64,000 bases of DNA from a virus. The DNA lies in the IMG/VR virus record IMGVR_UViG_3300034102_001514, positions 1 to 64,000 of that record, one strand, 5' to 3'. How positions within the stretch are numbered: position 1 is the stretch's first letter; the number at the start of each line of letters is the position of its first letter. Below, in pieces: positions 46,799-56,193 of this stretch. The position numbers were made by a program, and so were the translations under genes. The notes under the pieces are model-generated. The model worked only from the letters and a program-made list of their open reading frames with translations, was not told the origin of the DNA and searched no databases.

Positions 46799-47476
46799 TT
46801 ATAATTTCTTTACTACAAACAAATTTGAATTCAACATAATGGCGGGTCTTGCGTTTTGTATATTTGGCAATGAACCTACTATTTCAAACCCATCTTTCAT
46901 TTTGTTAGCCACTAAATAATCAACAGCATAACAAACTCCGGTTGATGACCAAATGTCTTCATAGTCATCAAATACAATATAACCGCCCGGATTTACAAAA
47001 TCAACAAAGTTTTCAAAATCATGCAATACATCAAAAAACCAATGTCCTGCATCAATATATAATAAATCAACTTTTGGTATTTCTGATTTTAGTTTTTGAA
47101 TAAATTCTTTGTTTTGACAATTACCCTCATAAAATTTAAAAGAGTTATGTGGTTTTATAAACCGATTCACAGTATCATAAACTACGTCTCCATAAAAAAC
47201 TTCACATATATCAACTCCATATACTTTGGTTGGATATGGGTGGGATGACAACAATGCAGATGAACCACCTGCATAAGTTCCTAATTCAAGATATACTTTT
47301 TCTTCATTACCCAACAAACTACGAATGTCGTAAAGTATGTGATTGTGATGATGTAAAATTTTATTTTGAATATCACCCAATGGATAGTTGTAAGACATAT
47401 CACCATCAATTTCTTGAGTGATGTTTTTTAATATATCAAGTGATTCTTTTGTGATATGTTCTCTTCCAAAAAGCAT
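46799..47476 (-). CDS. Class I SAM methyltransferase (Methyltransf_24-like)
   Basis: LELGTYAGGS, DLLYIDAGH, PGGYIVFDDY. Confidence 0.88.
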   Translation of the reverse strand: MLFGREHITKESLDILKNITQEIDGDMSYNYPLGDIQNKILHHHNHILYDIRSLLGNEEKVYLELGTYAGGSSALLSSHPYPTKVYGVDICEVFYGDVVYDTVNRFIKPHNSFKFYEGNCQNKEFIQKLKSEIPKVDLLYIDAGHWFFDVLHDFENFVDFVNPGGYIVFDDYEDIWSSTGVCYAVDYLVANKMKDGFEIVGSLPNIQNARPAIMLNSNLFVVKKL

Positions 47477-47487
47477 TGCCTTGTGTT

Positions 47488-47658
47488 TTATAATAAAAAT
47501 GGGTTTTTCTTTTCTACTGAAAACAACTTTAAGAAATTCTTCAATGGTAGTTGTTTTCTTTCAGCAAATGATTGTGCTGCTTTGAGTCGTGATATAGATA
47601 CCACCTTTCCAAGTGGTTCTTTGTTTTGGTCGTTCTTGATATAATAAAAACAATACAT
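47488..47658 (-). CDS. Small hypothetical protein, 56 aa (not in ORF track)
   Basis: MYCFYYIKNDQNKEPLGKVVSISRLKAAQSFAERKQLPLKNFLKLFSVEKKNPFLL*. Confidence 0.6.
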   Translation of the reverse strand: MYCFYYIKNDQNKEPLGKVVSISRLKAAQSFAERKQLPLKNFLKLFSVEKKNPFLL

Positions 47659-47665
47659 AAATAAA

Positions 47666-48007
47666 TTATTTAACCCATTCTCTATACGCTAACTCGTATG
47701 CGGTTAACCTATCAATTTTATGGTTACTACTCATAATTTCTCTTGCAGTTTCCATAACTTCGTGTCTCAATCCATAAGAATGAGACTCCATTAAGATTTC
47801 TTCAATTTGAGATTCGCAAGTCATTTCATATTCCCTTTTATAAACGAGTTCCATTGGTTCTAACTGATTTCCACCAAAAGATAGTCCATCCGTTGTATAA
47901 TATACATATTCGTTAAGCTCTTCATAGAATTCAATTTCTTGAATAGTTTTTACACTTTTTGTTCCGATGGGAACTACATAATCTACTAATTGAAATAGAG
48001 GCTTCAT
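47666..48007 (-). CDS. Hypothetical protein
   Basis: Coupled ORF. Confidence 0.6.
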   Translation of the reverse strand: MKPLFQLVDYVVPIGTKSVKTIQEIEFYEELNEYVYYTTDGLSFGGNQLEPMELVYKREYEMTCESQIEEILMESHSYGLRHEVMETAREIMSSNHKIDRLTAYELAYREWVK

Positions 48008-48915
48008 TTAATTTTATATTGGAGTTGTGATTCATCAAAAAATTCATTTGTATCATTTGCAGATGGTGAGGTAAATAGATGTTGTTCATTACCTTTCACA
48101 GCCACAAAAGTACAGCGGTCCTCGTGTTCAAACCCATCATTTCCATAATTTTTATGTGCGGGTGTGAACGCTTCGTATACGGATGTAAATCCTGTTTTGT
48201 TTAGTATATTTACCAACGATGGTCGTGTAAACCAAAAACTATGTGGATTATCCCAAGACGCAAGAATTCGTGTTTCTTTGATGTCCTGCGATTCATCTTC
48301 ACCGTGTTCTTTATGTAGGTTACCAAAGTATGAACTTCCCTCATATGGAAATTCTAATTGAGGTTGTAAACTAATATGTGTATCTAAAACCAAAAGGTTT
48401 TCAGTCATCTGATACATTTTCTTTATCAACTCAATTGAGTCCGTTGCAGTTAAGTGATACAATAACCCACTACAAATAATAACATCAAATCTTCCGTGTT
48501 GTTCTAAAGAAATATTTCTCGCATCTTCTTCCAAGAAAGTTACACTACGAAGTTCCAAAGTTCGTTTACAAAATTCAGACTTCATTACATTCGCGTGTCG
48601 GACTTCAACTCCAACTACATTAGATTGGTGATATGCAAACTCCAAAGAGAATTGTCCATCTAAAGAACCCAAATCTAAAACACGAATTTTGTTCAGAGGT
48701 TTTTTGGATAAATCAGATACTACTTGTAAGATTCTCTTTAATCGTGTATGGGGGATGTTTAACGCCCCATTTGTCCAAATCCCTTCAGGTAGTGGAATGT
48801 CATAAATAAACTCCCCATATTGGGATTTGATAAAATCCAATTCTTTTTTCAAAACACTTTTTTCTTTATGTGTTATTGCTTTTGTTGAAGGGCCCGAAAT
48901 TCCATTTGTAATCAT
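48004..48915 (-). CDS. Class I SAM methyltransferase (CmoB/DUF1698-like fold)
   Basis: VLDLGSLDG, VVGVE, FDVIICSGLLYHL. Confidence 0.85.
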   Translation of the reverse strand: MITNGISGPSTKAITHKEKSVLKKELDFIKSQYGEFIYDIPLPEGIWTNGALNIPHTRLKRILQVVSDLSKKPLNKIRVLDLGSLDGQFSLEFAYHQSNVVGVEVRHANVMKSEFCKRTLELRSVTFLEEDARNISLEQHGRFDVIICSGLLYHLTATDSIELIKKMYQMTENLLVLDTHISLQPQLEFPYEGSSYFGNLHKEHGEDESQDIKETRILASWDNPHSFWFTRPSLVNILNKTGFTSVYEAFTPAHKNYGNDGFEHEDRCTFVAVKGNEQHLFTSPSANDTNEFFDESQLQYKIK

Positions 48916-48964
48916 CGTGTGTCTTTTTTTAATTTTTGGTGTGTGTAAAGGAATTTGCCATTCC

Positions 48965-48996
48965 GCCCGTTTTGCCCGTTTTGCCCGTTTTGCCTG
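48965..48996. repeat. 9-bp tandem repeat (GCCCGTTTT) x~3.5
   Basis: Directly visible; GC-rich relative to surroundings. Confidence 0.8.
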
Positions 48997-49096
48997 TCTG
49001 CTTTATCGCTTGATGACTTAAAGGGGTTAGATAGATGTTGGTCTACCACAATGAATCATAATTTTGATTCGTTCTCTTTCCAAGAAAGTGAGAAAC

Positions 49097-49345
49097 TTAA
49101 ATAATTTCTTCATCTCTATCAACCCATTCGTGGATATCTTCTTTGGTTAACTCGTGTAGAAAGATTGGAGTTCTTTCTCCTACATAAGTATTCCACACAT
49201 TGTATTCTAACCATTCTAACGCATGAAATTCAGATAATCCATCTTCAATCAAAACATCAACCATTTTTGATTTAGAGTATACTACTCTTTGGTATTCCGT
49301 ATCCATTCCAAGGATTGCGGAGTCGTATCCATCTACAAACATCAT
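49097..49345 (-). CDS. Conserved small phage protein
   Basis: DGYDSAILG..VVYS..EYNV..YVGERTPIF motif. Confidence 0.7.
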   Translation of the reverse strand: MMFVDGYDSAILGMDTEYQRVVYSKSKMVDVLIEDGLSEFHALEWLEYNVWNTYVGERTPIFLHELTKEDIHEWVDRDEEII

Positions 49346-49608
49346 TTGATTTCGTATTTTTTTAGTAGATGTATCAATTTTACCAAATCATCCAAGTCGT
49401 AGATTTTTTCTAATCCACTTTCCATAATATGGACTGACCATTGATTGTCTATAATTTCATCATCACCATCGGTAATTAAGGTAAGGTAGTTTACATCTAA
49501 TGAATAGTAGTAGAATTCTACTTCACTACCACTTTCTTCAATAGGGACTACCTCTTTCTGAAAACCTAATGAGCGGAGGTGGGATTCGGAGATTTTGTTC
49601 ATAATCAA
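49342..49608 (-). CDS. Hypothetical protein
   Basis: Coupled ORF. Confidence 0.6.
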   Translation of the reverse strand: MIMNKISESHLRSLGFQKEVVPIEESGSEVEFYYYSLDVNYLTLITDGDDEIIDNQWSVHIMESGLEKIYDLDDLVKLIHLLKKYEIK

Positions 49609-49638
49609 TTTTTTAAATTGTCAGCAGGTGCTAACCAT

Positions 49639-49824
49639 TTACATATCAATAACCTTGTAAAGACATCCGTGGGTGGAGTTTTGTTGAAATAATTGTGCAA
49701 TTCGTTCTGCATCTTCTTTATTATCCCATTCCACAGCAATACCTTCGGAATCATTTACATAATTCCCTACTATTGTACCACTTTGGGTTTCTTGGTATTT
49801 TAAAATTTTAAATTTTTGCTTCAT
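49639..49824 (-). CDS. Hypothetical protein
   Basis: Co-oriented ORF. Confidence 0.55.
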   Translation of the reverse strand: MKQKFKILKYQETQSGTIVGNYVNDSEGIAVEWDNKEDAERIAQLFQQNSTHGCLYKVIDM

Positions 49825-50018
49825 ATAAAAATATTTAAAGATAATCCTCTATTAAACCAAATAAATTCAATGGTGTACCATCCATACAATTTTAAATCGT
49901 GGGTGATACGAATTGTAGGAATGGGATAGATTTGACCCCATTGATTAAATCGCTCAAATTTTATATGTTTAATTTTCATAGCCCTAATATACAAAATTTA
50001 TTTCAATAAAACAAGCCT

Positions 50019-50762
50019 TTAAATCTGCTTTGCAACAAATTTTTTATCTTCATAAATTACATACCCACCACTCGGCAATGCATCAATCAGTAAGTATCTA
50101 CCACCCATTGACTTTTCACTTGCGGTTAGGGAGTCAAAGATATTCTTTACTTGAGTGTGTCCTACTACTTGAATAAATTTCTTCTTTAACCCATTGTCTC
50201 CTTTGTTGGAAGACATCAACGCAGCAGGTCTAATCCACATCGGTCCTTGTGATGGATGATTTCCGTATGGGTCGTACCCCATATGAGAAAAGTTAAAAGC
50301 GTGTAATCTATTCTTGTATAATTCGTTTGTTAGTTCAACGAAATTACTTTTATTCCAACCATCCCAACCAAAGGTATCATCCAACCAAGTAGGACTGAAC
50401 CCAGCGTGACTACAAAGTATATCATCAAATTGATATCCAACTTGTAGGTGGTGCATATTCTTGATAAGTAAATCTTGGATGTCCCATTTTAGAGCGGGTT
50501 GGAATCCTGAATATGTTTCATTAGACAAATAGTGGTGGTCGTGATTACCAATCAACATTACCACCGGTATGCGAGCTGCTTCTTTGAACTCAATAATGTC
50601 CTTAAAGTTTTTGATTTGCTCTACACCTGTAATATCAAATGAGTCAAAGTAATCACCAATAAAAACAACCCTATCAGGGGTTTCTTTTTTGATAATTTCT
50701 TTCCAAAGATTTCTTCCGTGGGTGTCTCCCAACAATAAAGTTTTCATATTAATTTTTTTCAT
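50019..50762 (-). CDS. Calcineurin-like metallophosphoesterase
   Basis: GDTHG, GDYFD, GNHD, HAG, WIR, VGHT motifs. Confidence 0.9.
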   Translation of the reverse strand: MKKINMKTLLLGDTHGRNLWKEIIKKETPDRVVFIGDYFDSFDITGVEQIKNFKDIIEFKEAARIPVVMLIGNHDHHYLSNETYSGFQPALKWDIQDLLIKNMHHLQVGYQFDDILCSHAGFSPTWLDDTFGWDGWNKSNFVELTNELYKNRLHAFNFSHMGYDPYGNHPSQGPMWIRPAALMSSNKGDNGLKKKFIQVVGHTQVKNIFDSLTASEKSMGGRYLLIDALPSGGYVIYEDKKFVAKQI

Positions 50763-50828
50763 TTCGTTGTAGTTGTTTTAGGATAGCCCATAATAACACT
50801 ACAACTATAATACCAAGTGCCATTTTAA

Positions 50829-51116
50829 TTAAATTTTAAAATCACTAAATTTCAATCCCCACATTAGGGAAATCATATTCATCTCTTTTTTTGCCCATTC
50901 CTTACTGTATCGGAATCGTTTACGGATTTCTTGGATACCCCACTGTTTCCACTCATCATTCTGAGCTTCAGTCATAGTCCATTGAGTAAACCAATCATCC
51001 TTTCTATCTTTAATATCTTGGTAAGTAACCAAGTGTCCTGCAATCTCAAACATTTTGTTGATTGTATCTTCAACAAATAGTTCTCTTTTTTGTTGTTTAC
51101 TCTTCCGTTTTACCAT
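50829..51116 (-). CDS. Hypothetical protein
   Basis: Co-oriented ORF. Confidence 0.6.
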   Translation of the reverse strand: MVKRKSKQQKRELFVEDTINKMFEIAGHLVTYQDIKDRKDDWFTQWTMTEAQNDEWKQWGIQEIRKRFRYSKEWAKKEMNMISLMWGLKFSDFKI

Positions 51117-51732
51117 TTTCTAAATCCTCTAATTGTTTTTCTAAATAGTCTACACTAATAATATTTGTGTTAGCGTTTGGGTCAATCTTTTTGATTCGTT
51201 CAATTAGTTCATTTTGATATCCCTTTTTGTAAAATCCATCCTCAATCCAACTTGCAAGGTCTTGTAGATGTTGGGGTGCTGAAATAGAGATTCGTAAATC
51301 GTAATGTGACCATTTAGTTTTCCAATCCCAAAATTGGATACCCTTGGTTAATTTTCGGTGTAGATTAGATAATGTCCAATTACGAACACGAACTATTGAT
51401 TTATCGTTTCCAAAGATATGGAGAAATCGTAGAAACCATCTTGGACACCACCAAGGTTTAGCTTCATAATCCATTGCTAATACAAGCGGAAGGAGAACTT
51501 TATTGAATTCACTATCGTTATAGAATGTGATTCCTAAATATCCATACCTGTCCCCTTTGGTTGGAAAAAAGATGTAGCGTAAATCACTCCACTCTAAATT
51601 ACGAGTGGTGATATACGTCATCTTACGACCTTTCCAAAATAGGATAGTGTATTTCAAATTCTCCAACCTTTCTTTGAGGGTTGGTTTTAGTGGTGGAATA
51701 TAGAATTTACTATTTTTGTTTATCGTTTTCAT
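51097..51732 (-). CDS. Hypothetical protein (Trp-rich)
   Basis: Coupled ORF; KPWWCPRWFLRFL motif. Confidence 0.6.
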   Translation of the reverse strand: MKTINKNSKFYIPPLKPTLKERLENLKYTILFWKGRKMTYITTRNLEWSDLRYIFFPTKGDRYGYLGITFYNDSEFNKVLLPLVLAMDYEAKPWWCPRWFLRFLHIFGNDKSIVRVRNWTLSNLHRKLTKGIQFWDWKTKWSHYDLRISISAPQHLQDLASWIEDGFYKKGYQNELIERIKKIDPNANTNIISVDYLEKQLEDLENGKTEE

Positions 51733-51983
51733 AACTCTTGAATTTGACCAAGGTAATCGGTTACCTTTTCTTCAGTTAAATATCCTATTACTGCAGTAAT
51801 AGGGGTATCGTATGTAATATTTCCATTTTTAAGCACAGCCAATTCATACAACCCATCGCTACCACCATAAGTGTGTTCACTTCTAACTACGGATGCTCCA
51901 TAACCATTATCAAAGTAGATGAGGGCTTGAACACCTTGGCCCATTGGGTGATTTTTAAATTCTAAATCTTTAAATGTTTTCAT
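51729..51983 (-). CDS. Conserved small phage protein
   Basis: FDNGYGASVV..YGG..GLYELAVL motif. Confidence 0.7.
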   Translation of the reverse strand: MKTFKDLEFKNHPMGQGVQALIYFDNGYGASVVRSEHTYGGSDGLYELAVLKNGNITYDTPITAVIGYLTEEKVTDYLGQIQEL

Positions 51984-52001
51984 TTCTTTTTAATTTGTTT
52001 G

Positions 52002-52074
52002 TGACCCCGATGGGATTTGAACCCATGACCCATACATTAAAAGTGTATTGCTCTACCAGCTGAGCTACAAGGTC
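52002..52074 (-). tRNA. tRNA-Lys(TTT)
   Basis: ATACA-CTTTTAA-TGTAT; canonical D/T loops. Confidence 0.9.
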
Positions 52075-52078
52075 ATTT

Positions 52079-52312
52079 TTAAATACCCAATTCACGATTC
52101 AGTCGGCGGTTTTCTTTGGTATTCAACTTATAAGCTGGAAAGATGTAGGTTTCGTAACATTGATAATCATACTGACCACCTCGTGGTCCGTGAATGTTAA
52201 TGGTGTAAATTTGTTGATTGTTATGATAATGATGTCGTTCTTCATTTCTCATTTGATTAACCATTTTACCAATATCTTTCAAAGCAATTTGTCTAGCAGT
52301 CATCTTTCTCAT
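52079..52312 (-). CDS. Hypothetical protein (start revised to ATG 52312)
   Basis: Boxed promoter at 52323-52377 lies inside the longer ORF call. Confidence 0.55.
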   Translation of the reverse strand: MRKMTARQIALKDIGKMVNQMRNEERHHYHNNQQIYTINIHGPRGGQYDYQCYETYIFPAYKLNTKENRRLNRELGI

Positions 52313-52373
52313 TATTACATAGTAAAGATAATCATTTTTTTTGAACTGGCAAATTTCTAATGTTAAGAAATTG

Positions 52374-52631
52374 TTAAGTTTTTGAACCAAATTTAGCTAC
52401 GCCTTTATATTTTGTTTTGATAGATTCAATATCAGACAAAGCCCTTTTGTAATCAGCCACTACATTACTATCGGTAGTAAAATTCATAATTACTCCACAA
52501 TGTGGACATACCGATATAGGATTTTTTACAATAAAGTTAAGGTCTATTCCAAGTGGTTGTCTACATCCCGGACAAGGTAATGGCATTATTCTTGGTTTTG
52601 ATTGGTTTGGTCTTGTTTGTGATGAAACCAA
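52374..52631 (-). CDS. Zinc-ribbon protein
   Basis: CPGC...CPHC; likely start MPLPC. Confidence 0.7.
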   Translation of the reverse strand: MVSSQTRPNQSKPRIMPLPCPGCRQPLGIDLNFIVKNPISVCPHCGVIMNFTTDSNVVADYKRALSDIESIKTKYKGVAKFGSKT

Positions 52632-52876
52632 AAATCAACTACTTTTCCAAAGTTACCAATAAGGGCTCCAATTAAAACAAGAATTAATTCTTTCCATTCA
52701 CTATCAAGTTTTTGTTCTTGTTGTAATTCAAAGAAAATAAATCCTAATGTAAATGCAAAGATAGAGGCTATGAAAATACCTAACCGTTGTCTATGTTGGT
52801 CTGGTGTGATATTTTTCATTTTTGGCAGTTCCTCTTTTTTATTTTTTGAATTTGGTAATTCTAATTCCGGTATCAT
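52586..52876 (-). CDS. Two-TM membrane protein (holin-like)
   Basis: Two TMs; LIGALIGNFGKVVDFWF motif. Confidence 0.65.
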   Translation of the reverse strand: MIPELELPNSKNKKEELPKMKNITPDQHRQRLGIFIASIFAFTLGFIFFELQQEQKLDSEWKELILVLIGALIGNFGKVVDFWFHHKQDQTNQNQE

Positions 52877-53367
52877 TATTTTTGATTATTAGGACTGGTG
52901 TTCATTTGTTGAATTAACGCATCTACCAATCGTGATACCGCTTCGGGCTTGTTATCTTTTTTAAATTTAATTTTAATAGTTGCTACACCATCTTTATTTG
53001 GACTATCACCATCAACGGATATGTTTGAAATCTGATGTTTATATCTTGCATTACCTTTTTGTTTTTGTCTTTCAAAAATAGGTAATAAGTTTTTTTTGAG
53101 TTCTGATGGAGTTTCTCCATTTGGTAGTAGTCTTGCTTGAAATTGAATGTCTAATTCATCTAATCCTACTGAAGAATGGTCTGCTAGGATATAAAGTGGA
53201 ACTACCACTTCTGAATCGCCAATCTTAAAAGTTTGCGTGATGGGAGTTCCATCCTCATCAAAATACTTTGACAACGTATTGATGTGTTGTCGTTCTTGTA
53301 TTGAGAGAACTACTTGGGCGGCCTCTTGAAGACCACCCAATAGTTCCTCTAAATTAACTTTTGCCAT
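52876..53367 (-). CDS. DUF2589 family protein (short paralog)
   Basis: LEELLGGLQEA, VPLYILADHSSVGLDELDIQF, PEAVSRLVD. Confidence 0.7.
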   Translation of the reverse strand: MAKVNLEELLGGLQEAAQVVLSIQERQHINTLSKYFDEDGTPITQTFKIGDSEVVVPLYILADHSSVGLDELDIQFQARLLPNGETPSELKKNLLPIFERQKQKGNARYKHQISNISVDGDSPNKDGVATIKIKFKKDNKPEAVSRLVDALIQQMNTSPNNQK

Positions 53368-53433
53368 TTACCATAACTTTTTAATAAACAAATATACAAA
53401 ATTTATTTCATATATCCTAATTTATTTCAATAA

Positions 53434-54036
53434 TTATTGTGGTCCGTTAGCGTTTGTAGCTTGTTGAACGATGGATGGTTCCATCATCATATTTAACATA
53501 TCAGACAACTTCAACATACCTTCAGTAGCAGGTAATTGTTCAGCGTGTACTTTTACATTGTATTTTGCAGAGTTGTCAGTTGAACGAGTATTTTCTTTAG
53601 AAGTAGCAACCTTACCAGACATTTTTACAGAATACTTCATACCCCAAAATCCACCAGACGCTTCAACATCAAGTGATGCTTCTGAACTTGATGTATCTTT
53701 TGATGTTTCAGATTGTTGAACTTCCATAGTAAATTCTACATCAGCAGATGTGATGGCTAACGATGGTAGTGGTACTAATGGTAACATTGGAACCATTGAG
53801 TTGATTTGTTGTAACTCTTGTACTCCGGTATCGGGGTTGGTTACATAACGATTTAACTGAACATCAAGAAATCTTGTTTTTGATTTTTTAGTTGTTTCAT
53901 CTTTTTCAAATGCTACTTCAGAGATGTATCTCCAAGTAACATCATTTAGTTGGGCTTGACCTTTGGCCATTCCAACTAAAGGTTGTACGATTAGGTCTTC
54001 AATTGGAAGTCCTTTAAACTGGTCTGCGATTGCCAT
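53434..54036 (-). CDS. DUF2589 family protein (long paralog)
   Basis: QFKGLPIEDLIVQPL..AKGQAQL, VPMLPLVPLPSLAI, RSTDNSAKYNVKVHAEQLP.TEGMLKL. Confidence 0.8.
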   Translation of the reverse strand: MAIADQFKGLPIEDLIVQPLVGMAKGQAQLNDVTWRYISEVAFEKDETTKKSKTRFLDVQLNRYVTNPDTGVQELQQINSMVPMLPLVPLPSLAITSADVEFTMEVQQSETSKDTSSSEASLDVEASGGFWGMKYSVKMSGKVATSKENTRSTDNSAKYNVKVHAEQLPATEGMLKLSDMLNMMMEPSIVQQATNANGPQ

Positions 54037-54077
54037 ATTTTTCCTTTTTTAAAAATTGTTTGTAAGTGGTTACCCTA

Positions 54078-54085
54078 ATAAATAT
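54078..54085 (-). promoter_or_regulatory. Putative late promoter core ATATTTAT
   Basis: Same motif precedes structural genes at 1219, 6722, 9129, 17902, 27844. Confidence 0.55.
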
Positions 54086-54130
54086 GGAAGTATATTTTAT
54101 AAGTTTGGTTTTGGGCAACAATCACTTAAT

Positions 54131-54667
54131 TCAAATTTTTATTGCAAAGGTATCATCCGTATCAGTTTCTATGTGATATCCCTTTGATATTAAAAGATTA
54201 TGAATTGCAGTCTTTGTATCCAACTTTGTTAACCCTTGCCTCGTTTCTACCTTTATAATTTTTGGAGATATTAAATCAAATGGAAACATTTTTAGTATTT
54301 CGTAATCATATAATTCGGTATCAATTTTTAAAAAATCAATTTCCGTGATATCACACATTTTGATAACATCTAATATTGGAATAGTATTTACTAATATTTC
54401 TTTTGAAAGGGCGTTATTATATTGATAAAAACTTGACATTCCTGCATAATCATGGTCTTGTTCCACAACATCATCTTCAGCCATAAACATGATACGTTGA
54501 CCTTTGGTGTAATCAATGGCATAGTTTAGATAATGAATATTTGGTTTTTGTGGTATATTATCCAAATACTTTTTTATAGGTTCTATGATGACACCCTTCC
54601 AATTTAAATCTCCAAGATAGTTTAAGGTGTTAAAATCACACGAACCTATTTCAATAAAAGTTTTCAT
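54131..54667 (-). CDS. FkbM family methyltransferase
   Basis: FIEIGS, GVIIEP, IDFLKIDTE.YDYEIL. Confidence 0.85.
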   Translation of the reverse strand: MKTFIEIGSCDFNTLNYLGDLNWKGVIIEPIKKYLDNIPQKPNIHYLNYAIDYTKGQRIMFMAEDDVVEQDHDYAGMSSFYQYNNALSKEILVNTIPILDVIKMCDITEIDFLKIDTELYDYEILKMFPFDLISPKIIKVETRQGLTKLDTKTAIHNLLISKGYHIETDTDDTFAIKI

Positions 54668-55110
54668 AATTCATCGTAAAATATAATTTCTACCCCAGCT
54701 TCTTTAAACATTTGGATGGAACGAATTTCGTGTTCATCCCATAACTTACCTTGAGCACCACCACCTCTTTCAAGGTAGACCTTTTTGATTCCTGAATTGA
54801 TGATTCCACGAGTACAATCCGAACACGATATACCACAAGTCAAATACATTGTGGAATCTTTTAGGGATACCCCAATTCGTGCTGCGTTGTAGATTGCGTT
54901 TCGTTCTGCGTGCTCAAACCAATAGTATTTCTCCGGTCGTTCTTGTCTTTCATCCAACTCATCGTTAATTCCACGAGGGAACGAGTTGTAGCCCGTGGAT
55001 AGGATTTCGTTGTCCTTACCAACCACTACCGCACCAATTTGCGTTTTGATATCCTTTGACTTTAATTTTACTTGATGAGCAATACCTCTAAAATAATCTA
55101 CCCAATTCAT
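54664..55110 (-). CDS. dCMP deaminase
   Basis: IGAVVV, GYNSFPRG, HAERNAI, CSDC. Confidence 0.92.
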   Translation of the reverse strand: MNWVDYFRGIAHQVKLKSKDIKTQIGAVVVGKDNEILSTGYNSFPRGINDELDERQERPEKYYWFEHAERNAIYNAARIGVSLKDSTMYLTCGISCSDCTRGIINSGIKKVYLERGGGAQGKLWDEHEIRSIQMFKEAGVEIIFYDEL

Positions 55111-55183
55111 AGGTCATCCATTTTCTTGGATACCCATACCATAAATCCGATGGCGAGAACTACAAGTGATATTAAAAAAATTT

Positions 55184-55486
55184 TCATTCAAAATCGTTAT
55201 TACGCCGTGATTGATATTCTTTAAAGTAGATATCATACATTTCTTTAAAGATAGAATCCCAAGCAGAATCATAGGTATCATTCAAATAAAACTTATTTAG
55301 TCCTTCTGATGTACCCTTACGAGTCTTTATAGAGATGGACCGCTCTTTACCTTGAGGCTGGGTTTGGTCTACTACATACGATACCGTATAGAACGTACCA
55401 TTGAGTTTAAACATTCGGTAGGACATCCCCTCTGATTTTGCAATCTCAATCAGAGCGTTCAGTTTTTTAATATCAAATTTGTTCAT
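55184..55486 (-). CDS. Hypothetical protein
   Basis: Starts within the 21-bp direct repeat (ATGA). Confidence 0.6.
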   Translation of the reverse strand: MNKFDIKKLNALIEIAKSEGMSYRMFKLNGTFYTVSYVVDQTQPQGKERSISIKTRKGTSEGLNKFYLNDTYDSAWDSIFKEMYDIYFKEYQSRRNNDFE

Positions 55487-55598
55487 TTCTTGTTGGTGTT
55501 AAAGAAAAAGACTCCGTTAATCAGGGCGGTAGCTTTCCGCTTGCTGAATCCTAATGCGCCATAAGCGGGCGGAGTTCTCATTTCTCGTTGGTGTTAAA
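55483..55598. repeat. 21-bp direct repeats flanking a GC-rich structured element
   Basis: TCATTTCT(T/C)GTTGGTGTTAAA at 55483 and 55578; ACTCCG/CGGAGT closing stem inside. Confidence 0.75.
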
Positions 55599-55764
55599 TT
55601 TCAATTAATAATTCATCAAAGCATTCCAAGCAGATGAACATCATATTACATTCATTCTTCACATCTGAATCGTATGGGTTTTGAGTCCATATACCATCCT
55701 TTTTCTCACAACATTCACAAGTGTCAATGAGGTGTCCGAATTGTTCTTTAGCTGTATTTTTCAT
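55594..55764 (-). CDS. Small Zn-finger protein, 56 aa (not in ORF track)
   Basis: MKNTAKEQFGHLIDTCECCE...ICLECFDELLIEI*. Confidence 0.6.
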   Translation of the reverse strand: MKNTAKEQFGHLIDTCECCEKKDGIWTQNPYDSDVKNECNMMFICLECFDELLIEI

Positions 55765-55790
55765 TTTAGTTTGATTTAAGATTTACTGTC

Positions 55791-55949
55791 TTAATTCATA
55801 AACTTTTCGTAACGGGTAATAGCACCTTCTTCGGTATAAGCGTTGATGTAGATTTCAAATCCATTACCTTCTTTACTTACCACATAGGTAGTGGATTGGA
55901 CTCCTTCTCCTTTTTGGTAGATTCTTACGTTGTAGTTCATAACACTCAT
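55791..55949 (-). CDS. Small hypothetical protein, 52 aa (not in ORF track)
   Basis: Downstream of boxed promoter 55964-56019. Confidence 0.55.
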   Translation of the reverse strand: MSVMNYNVRIYQKGEGVQSTTYVVSKEGNGFEIYINAYTEEGAITRYEKFMN

Positions 55950-56015
55950 TTCTTATTACATAGTAAATATACAACAACCCCATTGGATAAAAAAGCGATG
56001 TGTGTTAACAAATTG

Positions 56016-56174
56016 TTAAGTTTTACGAAACCCAATAACCTTGATAGGACCACGGACTTGTATGGTTCTACGCTCAATCATCAGTTTGGTCATGTCCAAC
56101 AATTCGGTGTCTTGTTCGGAATCCAACCATTCTACAAACCATTTGGTTAATAACTTACGTTTCAGTGCGTTCAT
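56016..56174 (-). CDS. Small hypothetical protein, 52 aa (not in ORF track)
   Basis: MNALKRKLLTKWFVEWLDSEQD...GFRKT*. Confidence 0.55.
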   Translation of the reverse strand: MNALKRKLLTKWFVEWLDSEQDTELLDMTKLMIERRTIQVRGPIKVIGFRKT

Positions 56175-56193
56175 AAAAAAGTGATATAAAACA

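Noticed and set aside
48912-49045. Collagen-like (GQN)n mini-ORF from the 9-bp repeat
   Set aside because: Only a GTG start, about four triplets, and overlap with the methyltransferase start; more likely a slippage repeat.
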